Shown here one piece after another: positions 12,017 to 24,420 of a DNA stretch of 64,000 nt. A model generated the notes under the pieces. That model had not been told where the DNA came from. It made no database searches and saw only the letters and a list, made by a program, of their open reading frames with translations. The stretch spans positions 88,536,001-88,600,000 of the forward strand of contig NC_042999.1 in assembly GCF_006345805.1 (NCBI RefSeq). Reading direction: 5' to 3'. Each line of letters starts with the position of its first letter. The first letter of the stretch is position 1. The translations under genes were made by a program, and so were the position numbers. The stretch comes from Octopus sinensis (lineage: Eukaryota).

Positions 12017-12431
12017 AAGAAGGTTTTGGCAGAAACGTTAGTATGCCGGACGAAATGCTTAGTGGTATTTCGACTGCCGTTATGTTCTGAGTTCAAATTC
12101 CATCGAGGTCGACTTTGCCTTTTGTCCTTTTGGGGGGCGATTAAGTAAGTACCAGTTATGCACTGGGGTCGATGTAATCGACTTAATCCCTTTGTCTGTC
12201 CTTGTTTGTCCCCTCTGTGTTTAGCCCCTTGTGGGTAGTAAAGAAATAGGTATTTTGTCTGCCGTTACGTTCTGAGATCAAATTCCACCGAGGTCGACTT
12301 TGCCTTTCATCCTTTCGGGGTCGATTAAATAAGTACCAGTTATGCACTGGGGTCGATGTAATCGACTTAATCCCTTTATCTGCCCTTGTTTGTCCCCTCT
12401 GTGTTTAGCCTCTTGTGGGCAATAAAGAAAT
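12017..12431 (+). mobile_element. tRNA-derived SINE family A: one full unit plus a head-to-tail 5'-truncated second unit
   Basis: Core gaggtcgactttgcctttcatcctttcggggtcgat(t)aaataagtaccag resembles the MetaSINE/Sauria-type central domain. The second unit restarts at ggtatttt (about 12250). Confidence 0.9.
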
Positions 12432-13644
12432 AATTACTGAGAGAAGGTGGTTGGTGAGAGATTAACTATGCAAATGTTAGAGATGGGGTTATAAGAGGAT
12501 AAGTTAAAAGAAGTGTCAGGGGTTTGTGAAAGACAGTGACCGGATGGCAAGAAGAGTTGAGTAGGAGGAGATGCAGTGCTACCCAAATGGTGGGGGAAAA
12601 GTGGTGTAAGAAGGGAAAGATAGGAGATAATAGATGGGGAAGGGCTAAGCTATATCAAGAGATTAATGAGAGGGAGAGAGAGTAATAAGAGCAGTGAGGA
12701 AGGAGGAGGGTGGCTGAGTAGTGCTACCCAAGTTATATATGTGTGGGTAGAGGGAGATGTGGAAGAAAGAGAATGAGGGGTTAGAGCATATCCTCAAGGT
12801 TAGAGCATATCCTCAAGGTTAGATCATATCCAAGAGAGTGATGACAGGAGAATCTGTGTGAGAAGAAAGAAGAAAGTACAGCATGATATAGGTTCGAGTA
12901 GATTCGGGGAATGGAGATATTTGAGTACTTTCCTTTACATTATGGGTGGTATGGCAGAGTAGAAAATATGATGGAGAGATGAGATGGTGCAGAATATGTA
13001 AAATGGCTCGGAGAGTACAGAATGGGCTGTAGATGGGGGTAAGCATGCACAAACAAATAAATAGATTCAGAGTACATGCACTAAACTTGCACAAAGGTTA
13101 GATCTTCAGTAGTATCAATGTATCTCAGGTTGATTCAGTCCTCAGCTATCTGCTTCAGATGTATCAAGTTGAGATAATTTAATCACCCACCTCACCCCAA
13201 GTCTTCCTCTGTCTCTTTCTTCTACTTACACATTCACTTTGAACACTCAGCATTTGCATCTGAAGCTGTCATCCTCCACTCACATGCACACACTAAGCAA
13301 TTCTCCTTTGCACACTGAATATAATTCCTCTTTTACCCAGTTTGTCACTTAGTCCACACTAGCATGGATGTGAAGCATGTTTGCATCATTTCTGACTAGT
13401 CTTTGCATGTTTTACACACCCAAGGCCTGTGTCTTGCAGTCATTTAGCAGCACACTTTGCTCACAAGTATCATACAATCTGCTTTTGATCATGAGGGATA
13501 AGCTCATTGTGTTCAAGAAGCGATTACCAGGAGTAATCATTCCTTTAACTTTCTCAAACCTGTTCCTATTCTCATTTCCACTCACTCAGAACATCCTCTA
13601 TCATGACTAATTTGGTTAACTAGTTTTCAAAAGCTATTAGTTAC

Positions 13645-13850
13645 TTAACCCTTTTGTTACCAACCCGGCTGAAACCGCCTCGGGCTTTGTGGTATAAATG
13701 TCTTGTTTTCAAAAGATCTGAATTAAAATCTTCCACCAAATTTTAGTCACAATGATAACTAAGTTATTTTACTAAATTCTTTGTTATATTTAAAATTAAT
13801 TGAAAATAATTCAGAGCATCTCAACAGAAATATGGTAACAAAAGGGTTAA
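13645..13850. mobile_element. piggyBac-type MITE
   Basis: TTAA-CCCTTTTGTTACCA ... TGGTAACAAAAGGG-TTAA terminal inverted repeats with TTAA target. Sibling copies at 40299-40521 and (degenerate) about 36316-36522. Confidence 0.85.
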
Positions 13851-14287
13851 AGAGAATCATTTCAGCATTTGAGAAGATTTGATTCCCAAGTTCACTTTGC
13901 TCTTACTGCCCCAATGCTCCTGCTGCATAAAAAGTCTACCTTCTTTGTTATCCTACCTTTTATCCTTCTATATATTATGTGTGTCCATTATCTACTAACA
14001 CCATATAGATTTTCTACTGGCTTCTTTTCTGCAGGCAGAGCACCATTTTCCCAATGCTACAATGGTTCTGTCTTCATTCCTATTTACTAAAACATTTGTT
14101 TTCACTAAGTTGACATTAAGGCCCTTCCAATTTCAGATTTTATTTTCTTATCTTGAATTTTAACTTCAGTTCCTTTATTGATTCTGTTTATAAGAGCTAA
14201 GTCATCAATATACATAAATTTCCAAAAGTGTTTGGTCTTAAATTCCCCTGTTATGAGGGAGCTGAGAACTGATCCTTGATGCACTTG

Positions 14288-14993
14288 ATGCTGCTGGAGA
14301 GGACCAATCAGGTAAAGGACCTAGGTATCTTGGTGGATTCCTCCTTTTCGCCTTCAGCCCAGTGCGTCCATGCTGCCAACAAAGCACGCAGAATTCTGTT
14401 CTTGATTCGACGGTCATTCGGAATGCTCACAGCAGCCATATTCCTACCACTCTATGTCACGCTGGTGAGACCCATATTGGAGTATGGGATTCAAGCCTCT
14501 TCTCCTTATCTCCTCAAAGACATACAGCATCTCGAAAGAGTCCAGAAGCTGGCTACCCACATGGTTCATGGTCTCAAAAATTTGTCCTACAAAGAAAGGC
14601 TGAGAACGCTCGACCTTTATTCTCTTGAAAAACGCCGCCGCCATAGTGATCTCATTCTCGCCCACAACATCATAAGCGGAAAGTGTAACCTCTCGAAAGA
14701 GCTGTTCTTCACTCCTGCTCCAGAGCGTCGGCTGCGGGGTCATTCCGAAAAGCTCTACCTGCGACGATTTCATCTCAATCGAAGGAGAGGAGCTTTCTCC
14801 GTCCGGGTTGCGGATCCGTGGAACAAGCTGCCAGACGAGATGGTGAAGATGCCGACGACCGCTTTGTTCAAAGCCTCCCTGGACCTCAAGTGGCCTGAAC
14901 TCTTTACATGAACACCACCCTGTACTTAATTCCATGTCCCCCTACATGGCCTTTTGAGCCAAATTAACTAACTAACTAACTAACTAACTAACT
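14288..14993 (+). mobile_element. Young 5'-truncated CR1-clade LINE (end of ORF2, 3' UTR, (TAAC)n tail)
   Basis: Open frame to 14911 with VKDLGILVD, LYVTLVRPILEYG, LERVQKLAT, LRGHSEKL and FSVRVADPWNKLP, which are standard CR1 post-RT motifs. (TAAC)7 tail at 14965-14993. CpG-rich. Confidence 0.92.
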
Positions 14994-15059
14994 TTGTCAC
15001 TAAACTCATTGCAGATTCTCACCTTGCTGACTGCTCCTTCCTAAATAACTGGCATGTTC

Positions 15060-15850
15060 TCCACAAATCATAAACCAATTTCTAGTTTGCTTAGTGATCA
15101 CCAAATGACTATGTCAAAGGCCCAGATCAAGAAATACTAGATATAAGGACGTATTCCTCAAGTTATATATTTTTCTTGCAACTTGTCTTACAAAAAATAT
15201 GGTATCAGTAGTCTTAGGACAAGATCAAACAGCATCTCATCTAAACTAATCTTGTCCTTAATTGGTTTTACAATAACCCTTTCTGTAACTCTCATAACTT
15301 GGTTCATCAGTTTGAAGCCTTGGCAGCTCCTTTTGTCTAGTACACATGTACCCTTGCAGCAGTTTACAGTGATACACTAGTGTTAGTCATTGGGCGTGGT
15401 GTCTTCCTGTATTACTTGGTTTACTATTCAAGTGACTGTCCTATTCAGCTTCATCAGATATTTTAAGCATCTTGGTGACAATCTCTCATGGCACAACTGC
15501 ATTTTCTACTTTTGTATCCTTTATTCTATCTCCCATACTACTATAATTGACTCAGATGGCTAGCCTCTCTGTTGAGCCTACATGAATTAGGTTCTCTCTT
15601 GTCTTTTCTCCACATCCAGCAGCCTCTCATATTCGCGTGACTATGCCTGTTTCTTATTAGCATCAGTGAGATGATGATAAGAAAAAGGCTTGAAAGTGCT
15701 ACAATCATTCTGCATTCTCTTCTTCCCCAAAACATCTGTGGTTTCTTTAGTACAGTTTCTAGCAATATGGAACATCTCACACCTTTGGTCTTCAAATCAT
15801 AAAACATAGGTAAACTTCTTTTTTCCCTCACCTTTCAATACATACACCTA
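15060..15850 (-). mobile_element. Decayed RTE LINE RT fragment
   Basis: Minus frame KLMNQVMRVTERVIVKPIKDKISLDEMLF parallels the RTE copy at about 20190 (MIKKRINMDEMLFHFVPWRSTTDAIF). Confidence 0.7.
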
Positions 15851-16006
15851 ATGATTAGCTACACTTTTAGCAATTAGTTTTTTTTCTTTCCTGCCCACTC
15901 ATTTGGTCTTTTCAAGTTTGTCTCTTTACTTTTATGGTACTATCAACAATGCTCATTATTTACATTATTTACATTTGACGGATATTTATCCTCATCTTGT
16001 TTGTTG

Positions 16007-16052
16007 TTAACACGTTTCGGCTGATATACCCTCTAGCCTTTATCAGGTGTCT
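16007..16052 (-). ncRNA. Degenerate hammerhead ribozyme in PLE pLTR
   Basis: GACAC-CTGATAA-A-GGCT-AGAGGGTATATC-AGCC-GAAA-CG-TGTT. The core G8 is changed to A and stem III/cleavage site is shortened. Confidence 0.6.
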
Positions 16053-16132
16053 TGGGGAAATTTCGAACCTGGGTTCTCATTCCTAAGGTATTTTCCGATA
16101 TTATTATTATTATTATTATTGTGATTATTATT

Positions 16133-16192
16133 ATTGAACTCAGAATCTTGAAGTTAGTAGCTTGTGCTCTTAACCACTATGCCATATGCCCA
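16133..16192 (-). promoter_or_regulatory. tRNA-like Pol III internal promoter module inside the PLE
   Basis: Box A TGGCATAGTGG is a perfect match, followed by TTAAGAGC, an anticodon-like CTACTAA, and a box B remnant GAGTTCAA running into (TAA)n. Confidence 0.6.
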
Positions 16193-16802
16193 TGGGCAAT
16201 TATGAAGTGAATTTTAGGGCTTATAAATCTAATATTCTCTTATCCTTCCTTAATACCGGGTTCCCATATGCTGTTCATATCTGCACTCACTCTGCTTAGG
16301 AGGTTGTTGTATCCTAGCATATGTGCTGCTTCTTTTAGTTTTCGTATTTTCCTGTGGTGTTCTCTGTCTATTATTTTAACTTCATCCCATAGGGGGCGGT
16401 AGTCTCCATTTTTCCATACATGATCAGCTATATCTGATCTATCAATATCTCCTTATGTCACAGCTTTGCGATGTTCATCTAGCCTTATTTTTAGGGGTCA
16501 ACATGTTTCGCCTTTGTATAACCTACCACAGCTACATGGGATGGAGTACATGCAGTCTTTGGTCATATTCTCTTCTATCGGTGGTTTTACTTGAAGGAGA
16601 TATTTGCGAAGTGTTGTATTACTCTTGAATACTGTCCTGATGTCATATGGGCCACATATCTTTTGTATCTTTTTGGAGAGGCCTTTCACATAGGGTAGAC
16701 AGACAAGATGAGGACAAATAGCGGTCAAATGTAAATAATGTAAATAATGCACATAATTCCTCATCTCTTAAATATAGAACTGTATCAACAATGCTGTTTA
16801 AC

Positions 16803-16999
16803 CTGTATCAGAACAATTAGCCTCCATAAGACAATTCCTCCCAACGACAACTACCCCTTATGACAATTACCTCTATTGGTTAATTACGCCCTCTCCAATA
16901 TATTAAAACATTTAAAATCTTCCTCTGTTGTCCTCGGGGGTAATTTCCTGGGGGAGAGGTTACTGTCCATGGTGGGGGTGGGAGTAAATGTCCTAGACT
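16803..16999. mobile_element. Possible small MITE with subterminal GACAATT(A)CCC repeats
   Basis: gacaattcc/gacaactacccc/gacaattacc on the left; ggggtaatttcc and gggagtaaatgtcctag on the right. No clear TSD. Confidence 0.35.
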
Positions 17000-17630
17000 T
17001 GTTCTACCACCACATTGCCTTGCATTTTGCTGGGATTCTGCACCAGCCACAAGTCTGGTGCAGAGCCTCCATCAGATTGTCCTGTAAGAACTGCTAGTTT
17101 TGTTCTTTGTTATGTGCCTCATTTACCTCTCCCACTATCATAAGCATCACTTAATACTTCTCAGAATATACAGCAAGCAGAGGGCTCTTTTAACTTCCAG
17201 ACTTCCTCCTCCTCCAAATTGTCTTCTGTCTCTGAGGTAAAATAGCCCTCCTTTTGAAGTCACTAACACCAAATCTATGCTGGAAGGTACATTTTTCACC
17301 TGGAGTTCTGAAGTATGTATCTTCCAACTATCATGTGCTTTCTTGTGAAAATTAAATCTAATTGGCTTGTATACTCACCTGACTGGTAAGTGTTCAGGTG
17401 ACAGACTGGTCTCTTGATATTTGTGTTGAAGATCATGAAATCCTTTGTGTCTCAAAATTCCAGAAGTCTTGATAATTCCTCATTTCTTGTACTGAACCTA
17501 TGACTGCCATGTACTCCATAAAAGACACAATTTTTTTGTCCAGAATATCCAAAATAGCCACCTATGTTGCTGAAATCTTCATCATCACTGCAGGGAAGCC
17601 TCATAAATGCAGACCTTCTATTCATCTACC
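17000..17630 (-). mobile_element. RTE LINE apurinic endonuclease fragment
   Basis: FYGVHGSHRFSTRNEELSRLLEF*DTKDFMIFNTNIKRPVCHLNTYQSGEYTSQLDF matches the APE 'G.RNEEG.RLLEFC...ICNT.F...HL.TY.SG...QIDY' pattern. Confidence 0.8.
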
Positions 17631-20023
17631 AGCCTTGAATATAGTGCACATGAGATAACTCACAATTGTTTTGCCTACAACAAATCTAAGTTTAGTAATT
17701 CCATCATACACACTGACTACATCAATAACCTTAGCTATACATGTTTGTGCTAAAAGAATATCGACTCCACCCACCTCATTATTCATACACACACAGAAAA
17801 ATTCATACACCTGTTACTTGCCTACGAAGAAGTTGGCTGAGGTGCCCTCCAACTTCACTTTTGTACTCAACACATACCTCGCTCTACTCTGCTCTAGCTT
17901 TTCTGTTATATTACCTAATTCACTTTCCATTCTGCCAACTTTTAGGACTTGATAGGAAGAGTGGGAGACGTGTTTCCAGTGTTGCTTGCATAGACATATA
18001 TTATATATGGTGCATGTGTGTTTGTATATGTGTGTGTGTGTGTGTGTGTGCATGTATATGTATTCATTTTGCATTAGAATGCAAATACAGTGAAATGTAA
18101 GAATATGCTTGTGTCCATAGAGATGAACATATGCTATAAATGTGTGTGTGCACATAATTATGGATACATGCACACACACATGCATATAAAAATACATACA
18201 TACACACACTCATATTGTCAAACGTACATATATGTGCGTGTTTGTGTATGTTTGTATATATGTATATATAAATAAATATAGATATATAGATACACACACA
18301 CACATATATTTATGCACACACATGCATACATATAAACATAAATATCTAAAGAGAGAAGTGAGTTTTTTTTTTCTTTTTTTGGTGTTGTTTTTATTTTTAC
18401 TCCTGCATTCCCACAAACAAATACATATACATACACATAAATACATACATACATACATATAAATGCACACATGCCACCACATATCCTTCAGGGATGTAGG
18501 CTTATAGTCTGAATATTTCCATGTAATTATAGGCTTTCATATCTATTAAATCTTTTCTATCGAAGAATTTATAGAAAAAAAATTATATTTGATGGAGAGA
18601 CATTTGTGAATAGTTTTTAAATTATCATCTCTCTCAATATATTTATGTTATGTAAGACTCCATATATTCATATAATCTCCTTTTTATATCATCTTATTCG
18701 TTCATATTATGGTTCAAACTTCTCTCAGCTGCCAACTGTACTTAAACAATCAACAAACCTTCTGCCAACTTATCACAGAGGTTGTAACCTTGGCTTTCCC
18801 AAACTGATAAAAACAAGGCAAAATATTTGAATCGACACAGCTGAATACAAAAATAGTTATTATCAGAGAAATCAAAACTTATCTAAATTCTAATCATAAA
18901 ACTTACATCGACTATTTTACTGAGGTTTCCATCTGAATATACTGAAAATTATTGATCCAGCATTTCACTTCCTTTCATTATTGATCAAGCATTGAAATTC
19001 TGCCGACTTGATATAGATTCAAAACAAAATGTCTCTAACCAATCACAATCAGTTTTAGTTGGTCTCTAGCCAGTGGGCAGCTTCTTGTAAACAACTTGGG
19101 TATGGCTTCTTCTAATGTTGTTTCATCGTAGACTATACCAAACATTAATAGACTTGCTTTCATTCCACATTGAACCATTTTCAAAAGCTGGTTATTATAT
19201 CTAGCCTACAAGCCAGAGAGCTCATCTACAATCAGGAAGCATAATTGTTTGTCTTGTATTCCACAAACCTGCCATTCTATCTTTTCTTTGCCTAAATTAA
19301 GTGAGCTCAAAATTTATCCTACCATTAACATCCAAAATAGAAAACTGTTTCAATAATTTGATGTAAGATTACTACTCATTTACATTATAGCACACATCTA
19401 CATAACTACATAGACATAAATATACATGTACATTGATAGATACAAATATACATATATACACTCATACATATATGATTACACAGATCCATACAGACATACA
19501 TACATGCATATATAAATATAATGCACTCATTGCTAATTATATTAAATTTAAAGCTAAGATACACAAACACACACATATCTATTTCTATATTTATATACAC
19601 GAGTTTATTTATATTTTATGTACAGCTTCTCCTGTGGGACATTCTATTCTTCAGCAGTTGACTGCAGCTGCAAATAACAATGGTTTCAGTTGCCTCTGAC
19701 AGTATTGTACTCTTCAGTAGTACTGAGTGGCATTGATTTTATCAAAAGATGTCAAGGTCTTCATTAGAAAACAATTTTTTCTCTCCTGTTATGTATGCAA
19801 CCACCAAACCAAACTGGACAAGGCTGTAAATATTCCAACCAAACAGCATCTATTTTTTTCAAATACTTTCTGAGCATTTGTTCTTTATTCTCCGCTTTGT
19901 TCTTTCTGAAACATGCCTCTGTCAGACATAATACAGTATCTTTGTGTCTCTCTCCTCCACATAAATCACAGACCGACTCTTATCCTTCCCAAGCCTAAGG
20001 CCAGCTAAGTAGGAGGACTAACT

Positions 20024-21080
20024 ACAAGCTTATGATATTGCACATATACTGGATCACACCATAGCTGAGAGCTGCTGGACAGTGGTTAAGGATATGAACA
20101 CAAGGAAGACACTCAGTCCATCAGGTATAACTACAGAGATTCTTAAAGTGTTTAGCAAAATAGAGCATGAGCTAGTCATCCGCGTAGTGAATGATTAAGA
20201 AGAGAATCAACATGGATGAGATGCTGTTTCACTTTGTGCCATGGAGAAGTACTACTGATGCTATCTTCCTATTGAGACAACAGCAAGAGAGGTACTTAGC
20301 TGAGTGTAAGCCCCTATATGTGGCATTTGTCAACTCAGAAAAGGCTTTTGATTGGGTTCCACTGCTCTGTGATCTGGTGGCTATTAAGCAACCTTGTATC
20401 AGTTTGTATGAGAGTGGATAAGACCCTGCTCCCATCATGTTTGATATGTCGTAAAGGAGTTTGTAGGAATTTCATGCAGAGTACCCAGTGTAAACCTGGA
20501 TGCACAGGAGATGTAGTGGGATAACAGACAGGATAACAATAAATGCAGATTACATATGCAACAGGTACATTGCAGCAATGAGCACTGAGAGTGCAAGGGA
20601 ATATAGATTCTTTCAAATACCTTGAAAGCTCCCTTGTAATAGTTGATATCTTTTGTTCCAGTGGAAAAAGGTGTTCTGAAAGCATTATAGCCAAAGTGAC
20701 AACAGAGTGGAAAAAGTTCTGGGAGATATTACCTCAGCTGACATTAAAAGGATTCTCTCAAGAAGTGATGAGCAGATTGTAAAATGCTTGTGTATGAAGT
20801 GTACAGTATGCTTACTGCATTCAAAGGTCTTGGGTGTAAAGGATTTGTGAAGATTGGAAAGCAATAAATCAAGCTTGCTTCACTGGGTGTGTAATATTAG
20901 TGTGCATGAATGACAAAGTACAAATGAGCTGAAAGAAAAATTGAAATTAGAAGAAACCAGATGTAGTGTGCAATAGAAAACATTGTGTTCATATGAGCAT
21001 ATGATACGTATAGAGGATAAGAGCTGTATAAAGAATTATGAACTCAAAGTGAATGAAACCAGAAGAAGGAGATAGAGAAA
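20024..21080 (+). mobile_element. Decayed, internally deleted RTE RT fragment; left arm of a 1.06-kb inverted duplication
   Basis: DEMLFHFVPWRSTTDAIFLLRQQQERYLAECKPLYVAFVNSEKAFDWVP and DSFKYL motifs. It is the reverse complement of 22421-23476. Confidence 0.92.
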
Positions 21081-21693
21081 CCCAGATTCTGAGTAGAGTT
21101 GGTCGTATGGTTGGTTGGTTACAAAATCCAACCAACAGTAACCCATAATCCTGTGAAGCATCCTTGTACTGAGAGAGCTCAAGCAGCTCTTAAGGGCTCT
21201 GGACAGTGTCCAAGTCTTACAACTATTGAGCAGGACAGAGAGGACTGGAGACCTAAAGACCTGAACATTTGTCCTCCTGCATAGATATCAGCAGTACCAA
21301 ACATCCTTCTCCAATGTGTCCACAACTGCACCAGCTCATCCAAGTCTTTTTAGGACTTTAAACTTGTAGCTGATTCATGATCTTAGAGGACCAGCATGCC
21401 AAAAACTAGACCCAATGTCTCTTCTGCATGTCATAAAAGGTGACTAAAAGAGGTTGAAGTAGAATTGGTACAGCAACCTCATAAAACCCTCACCAGCCTC
21501 TTGTACAAAGCAACCTCTTGTACAAAACCCAAAAATTCTTGTCAAAGATGCAAAATATCTTTTAAAATCCTCATATGAAGAAAGAACTTGTTTTTAGGCC
21601 AAACCCTTCAAGCTTTTGTTAGTTTTTAGTATCCTTTACTGCTAGAAGAAAATTTTACTCTCTCTCTCTCTCTCTTTCTCTCTCTTTCTCTCA

Positions 21694-21743
<50 letters not shown>

Positions 21744-22420
21744 TTCATGCATATATAAGCAAACACAGACATGCATTTATATACTTATATTCATGCACTC
21801 ATACACGCACACACACATTATGCAGAATGCAGTGCAAATCAGATATCAGATGAACTGAAATGAATTTAGAAAGCCTAACTGTCAAAGAAATACAAACATA
21901 TTCTTTCAATGCTTTTGAAGTGTGGGAAAAAGATACGTGGTAGAGCTATCTTAAAGAACTGTTTCATGTTTTGTCGATTGCTCCTCTGAGAAAACATACT
22001 AGGTTTACCTCTCTGATCAACAGAAAGTTGCAAGTTCAGTTTGCAGAAACGAGATTTGGCCCAATGCTAAACAGGTGTTTTCCTATATTTATTTTTATGT
22101 GACTTATCTGAGTTGTTTAAATCTGCTCCATATTTATATAATGTTATTTAATGCTGTAGTTCTAAATATCTGAGTTTATTTTTGTTAATTAGTTATTGAA
22201 CATTTTGTAGAATTATGCCTTAGATTATATCAGTTGGAATGTGTTGTGCTCAACACCTATGTCTAAATTCTATGTTAAATGCTACTGTATCAGTTTTTGG
22301 TAGTTTTACTTCAGCAAAGAGATTAGCAATTTTACATTTAATTCACCATGCTTGTATCACACACATGGTCCTTTGTCATCTCCTTTGTGAAGTGTAAACA
22401 TCTTCACTTCACTCCAAGTC

Positions 22421-23476
22421 TTTCTCTATCTCCCTCTTCTGGTTTCATTCACTTTGAGTTCATAATTCTTTATACAGCTCTCATCCTCTATACGTATCAT
22501 ATGCTCATATGAACACAATGTTTTCTATTGCACACTACATCTGGTTTCTTCTAATTTCAATTTTTCTTTCAGCTCATTTGTACTTTGTCATTCATGCACA
22601 CTAATATTACACACCCAGTGAAGCAAGCTTGATTTATTGCTTTCCAATCTTCACAAATCCTTTACACCCAAGACCTTTGAATGCAGTAAGCATACTGTAC
22701 ACTTCATACACAAGCATTTTACAATCTGCTCATCACTTCTTGAGAGAATCCTTTTAATGTCAGCTGAGGTAATATCTCCCAGAACTTTTCCACTCTGTTG
22801 TCACTTTGGCTATAATGCTTTCAGAACACCTTTTTCCACTGGAACAAAAGATATCAACTATTACAAGGGAGCTTTCAAGGTATTTGAAAGAATCTATATT
22901 CCCTTGCACTCTCAGTGCTCATTGCTGCAATGTACCTGTTGCATATGTAATCTGCATTTATTGTTATCCTGTCTGTTATCCCACTACATCTCCTGTGCAT
23001 CCAGGTTTACACTGGGTACTCTGCATGAAATTCCTACAAACTCCTTTACGACATATCAAACATGATGGGAGCAGGGTCTTATCCACTCTCATACAAACTG
23101 ATACAAGGTTGCTTAATAGCCACCAGATCACAGAGCAGTGGAACCCAATCAAAAGCCTTTTCTGAGTTGACAAATGCCACATATAGGGGCTTACACTCAG
23201 CTAAGTACCTCTCTTGCTGTTGTCTCAATAGGAAGATAGCATCAGTAGTACTTCTCCATGGCACAAAGTGAAACAGCATCTCATCCATGTTGACTCTCTT
23301 CTGAATCATTCACTACGTGGATGACTAGCTCATGCTCTATTTTGCTAAACACTTTAAGAATCTCTGTAGTTATACCTGATGGATTGAGTGTCTTCCTTGT
23401 GTTCCTATCCTTAACCACTGTCCAGCAGCTCTCAGCTATGGTGTGATCCAGTATATGTGCAATATCATAGGCTTGT
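22421..23476 (-). mobile_element. Right arm of the inverted duplication (RTE-like sequence continues beyond 23476)
   Basis: The ORF track gives identical 119-, 69- and 68-aa translations on opposite strands. I count only about 8 differences by eye. Confidence 0.92.
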
Positions 23477-24089
23477 GTCCTGTTACCTATATGATTCAGA
23501 AGTGCCAGCTCAGACTCCTTGGCCATGATGCTTGGTTTTGTGACTTAGACCCTACTTACTGTGTTTCCTTCACTGAGGATCCAGACGGATTGACAGCTCG
23601 TGCTGGTTGACCACATGTCATATGGTCATAGCAGATGAGAAGATATCGGGTGGAGATGGAGACTAAGTAAGACTCTGCTCAACAAGTCACCTGGGAGGAC
23701 CCAGGAATATGCTGAAGAATGGTGAAAACAGCAATGTGCTGCCATGGTCCATGCCTCTATACTTGACCTAACCTTTGACATAGTAATTCTCTTCCAAATA
23801 TGAATGGAGAGAGACTCATAGTGAGAGTCAATTGAGTATCAAAAACCTGTGAAACTAAAGATGAGGATAACACTAAGAGCCTGTATTTCAGTGTTATCTT
23901 CATCTTGGGATGAGAAGGAGAGCCTGTATTTCAGAGCTTACCAGAATGATAGTTTGCCCAAGTCGAGATGGATATTTTTATCATAGAGTGCAGAAACGTA
24001 CAGGCTAAGTTTTAGCAGATGCAGTACCAATTGTCTCCTCTACTGACAGCTTTTACGATACTTTTGAGCATGTGGAGTCTGCAGGTAGG

Positions 24090-24420
24090 GGTCACAAATC
24101 AAACTCAACAATTTGTTCACCAGTTCACATATCTTGGCAGCACTCTTTCAAGAATCATCATCATCAATGAAAACATCAAAAGCAGAGTTGACTATTTGCA
24201 TTGATCAAAAATATGCAGAGCCATATTTTGAGCCATAATTTCACCGTATGCTTGTGGGACATAGGTTCAACAGAACAAAATGAAGCTTAATAGATTTCAC
24301 CTGAACTGTTGGCACAAAATTCTGTGCATTCATAGGCAGAACAAGGTATCAAACACCTCAATATATTAACATCCAGTGTTTCCCAGCATCCACTCTCATA
24401 TATGATAGAACCCAACTGTG
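24090..24420 (+). mobile_element. Decayed RTE (BovB-like) RT C-terminal fragment
   Basis: FVHQFTYLGSTLSRI...NENIKSRV resembles the RTE 'V..F.YLGS.LS......EI..RI' motif. Confidence 0.6.

Larger units (their letters stand above)
15954..16785 (-). mobile_element. Penelope-like element: inverted 5' pLTR piece, GIY-YIG endonuclease (decayed), tRNA-like module, (AAT)n, HHR-bearing 3' pLTR
   Basis: CLPYVKGLSKKI...CMYSIPCSCGRLYKGETC*PLKIRLDEHRKAV...IADHVW...KLKEAAHM is a PLE linker plus GIY-YIG. 16704-16749 is the reverse complement of 15954-15999. Confidence 0.9.

Noticed and set aside
12490-13050. GA-rich tracts (also about 44040-44360 and 50040-50660) suspected to be very old retroelement 3' regions
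   Set aside because: I could not recover a diagnostic motif with confidence.
15300-15470. Two CTGATGA motifs on the minus strand
   Set aside because: They are coding sequence of a decayed RTE (KLMNQVM, KISDEAE) and have no proper stem II or GAAA.
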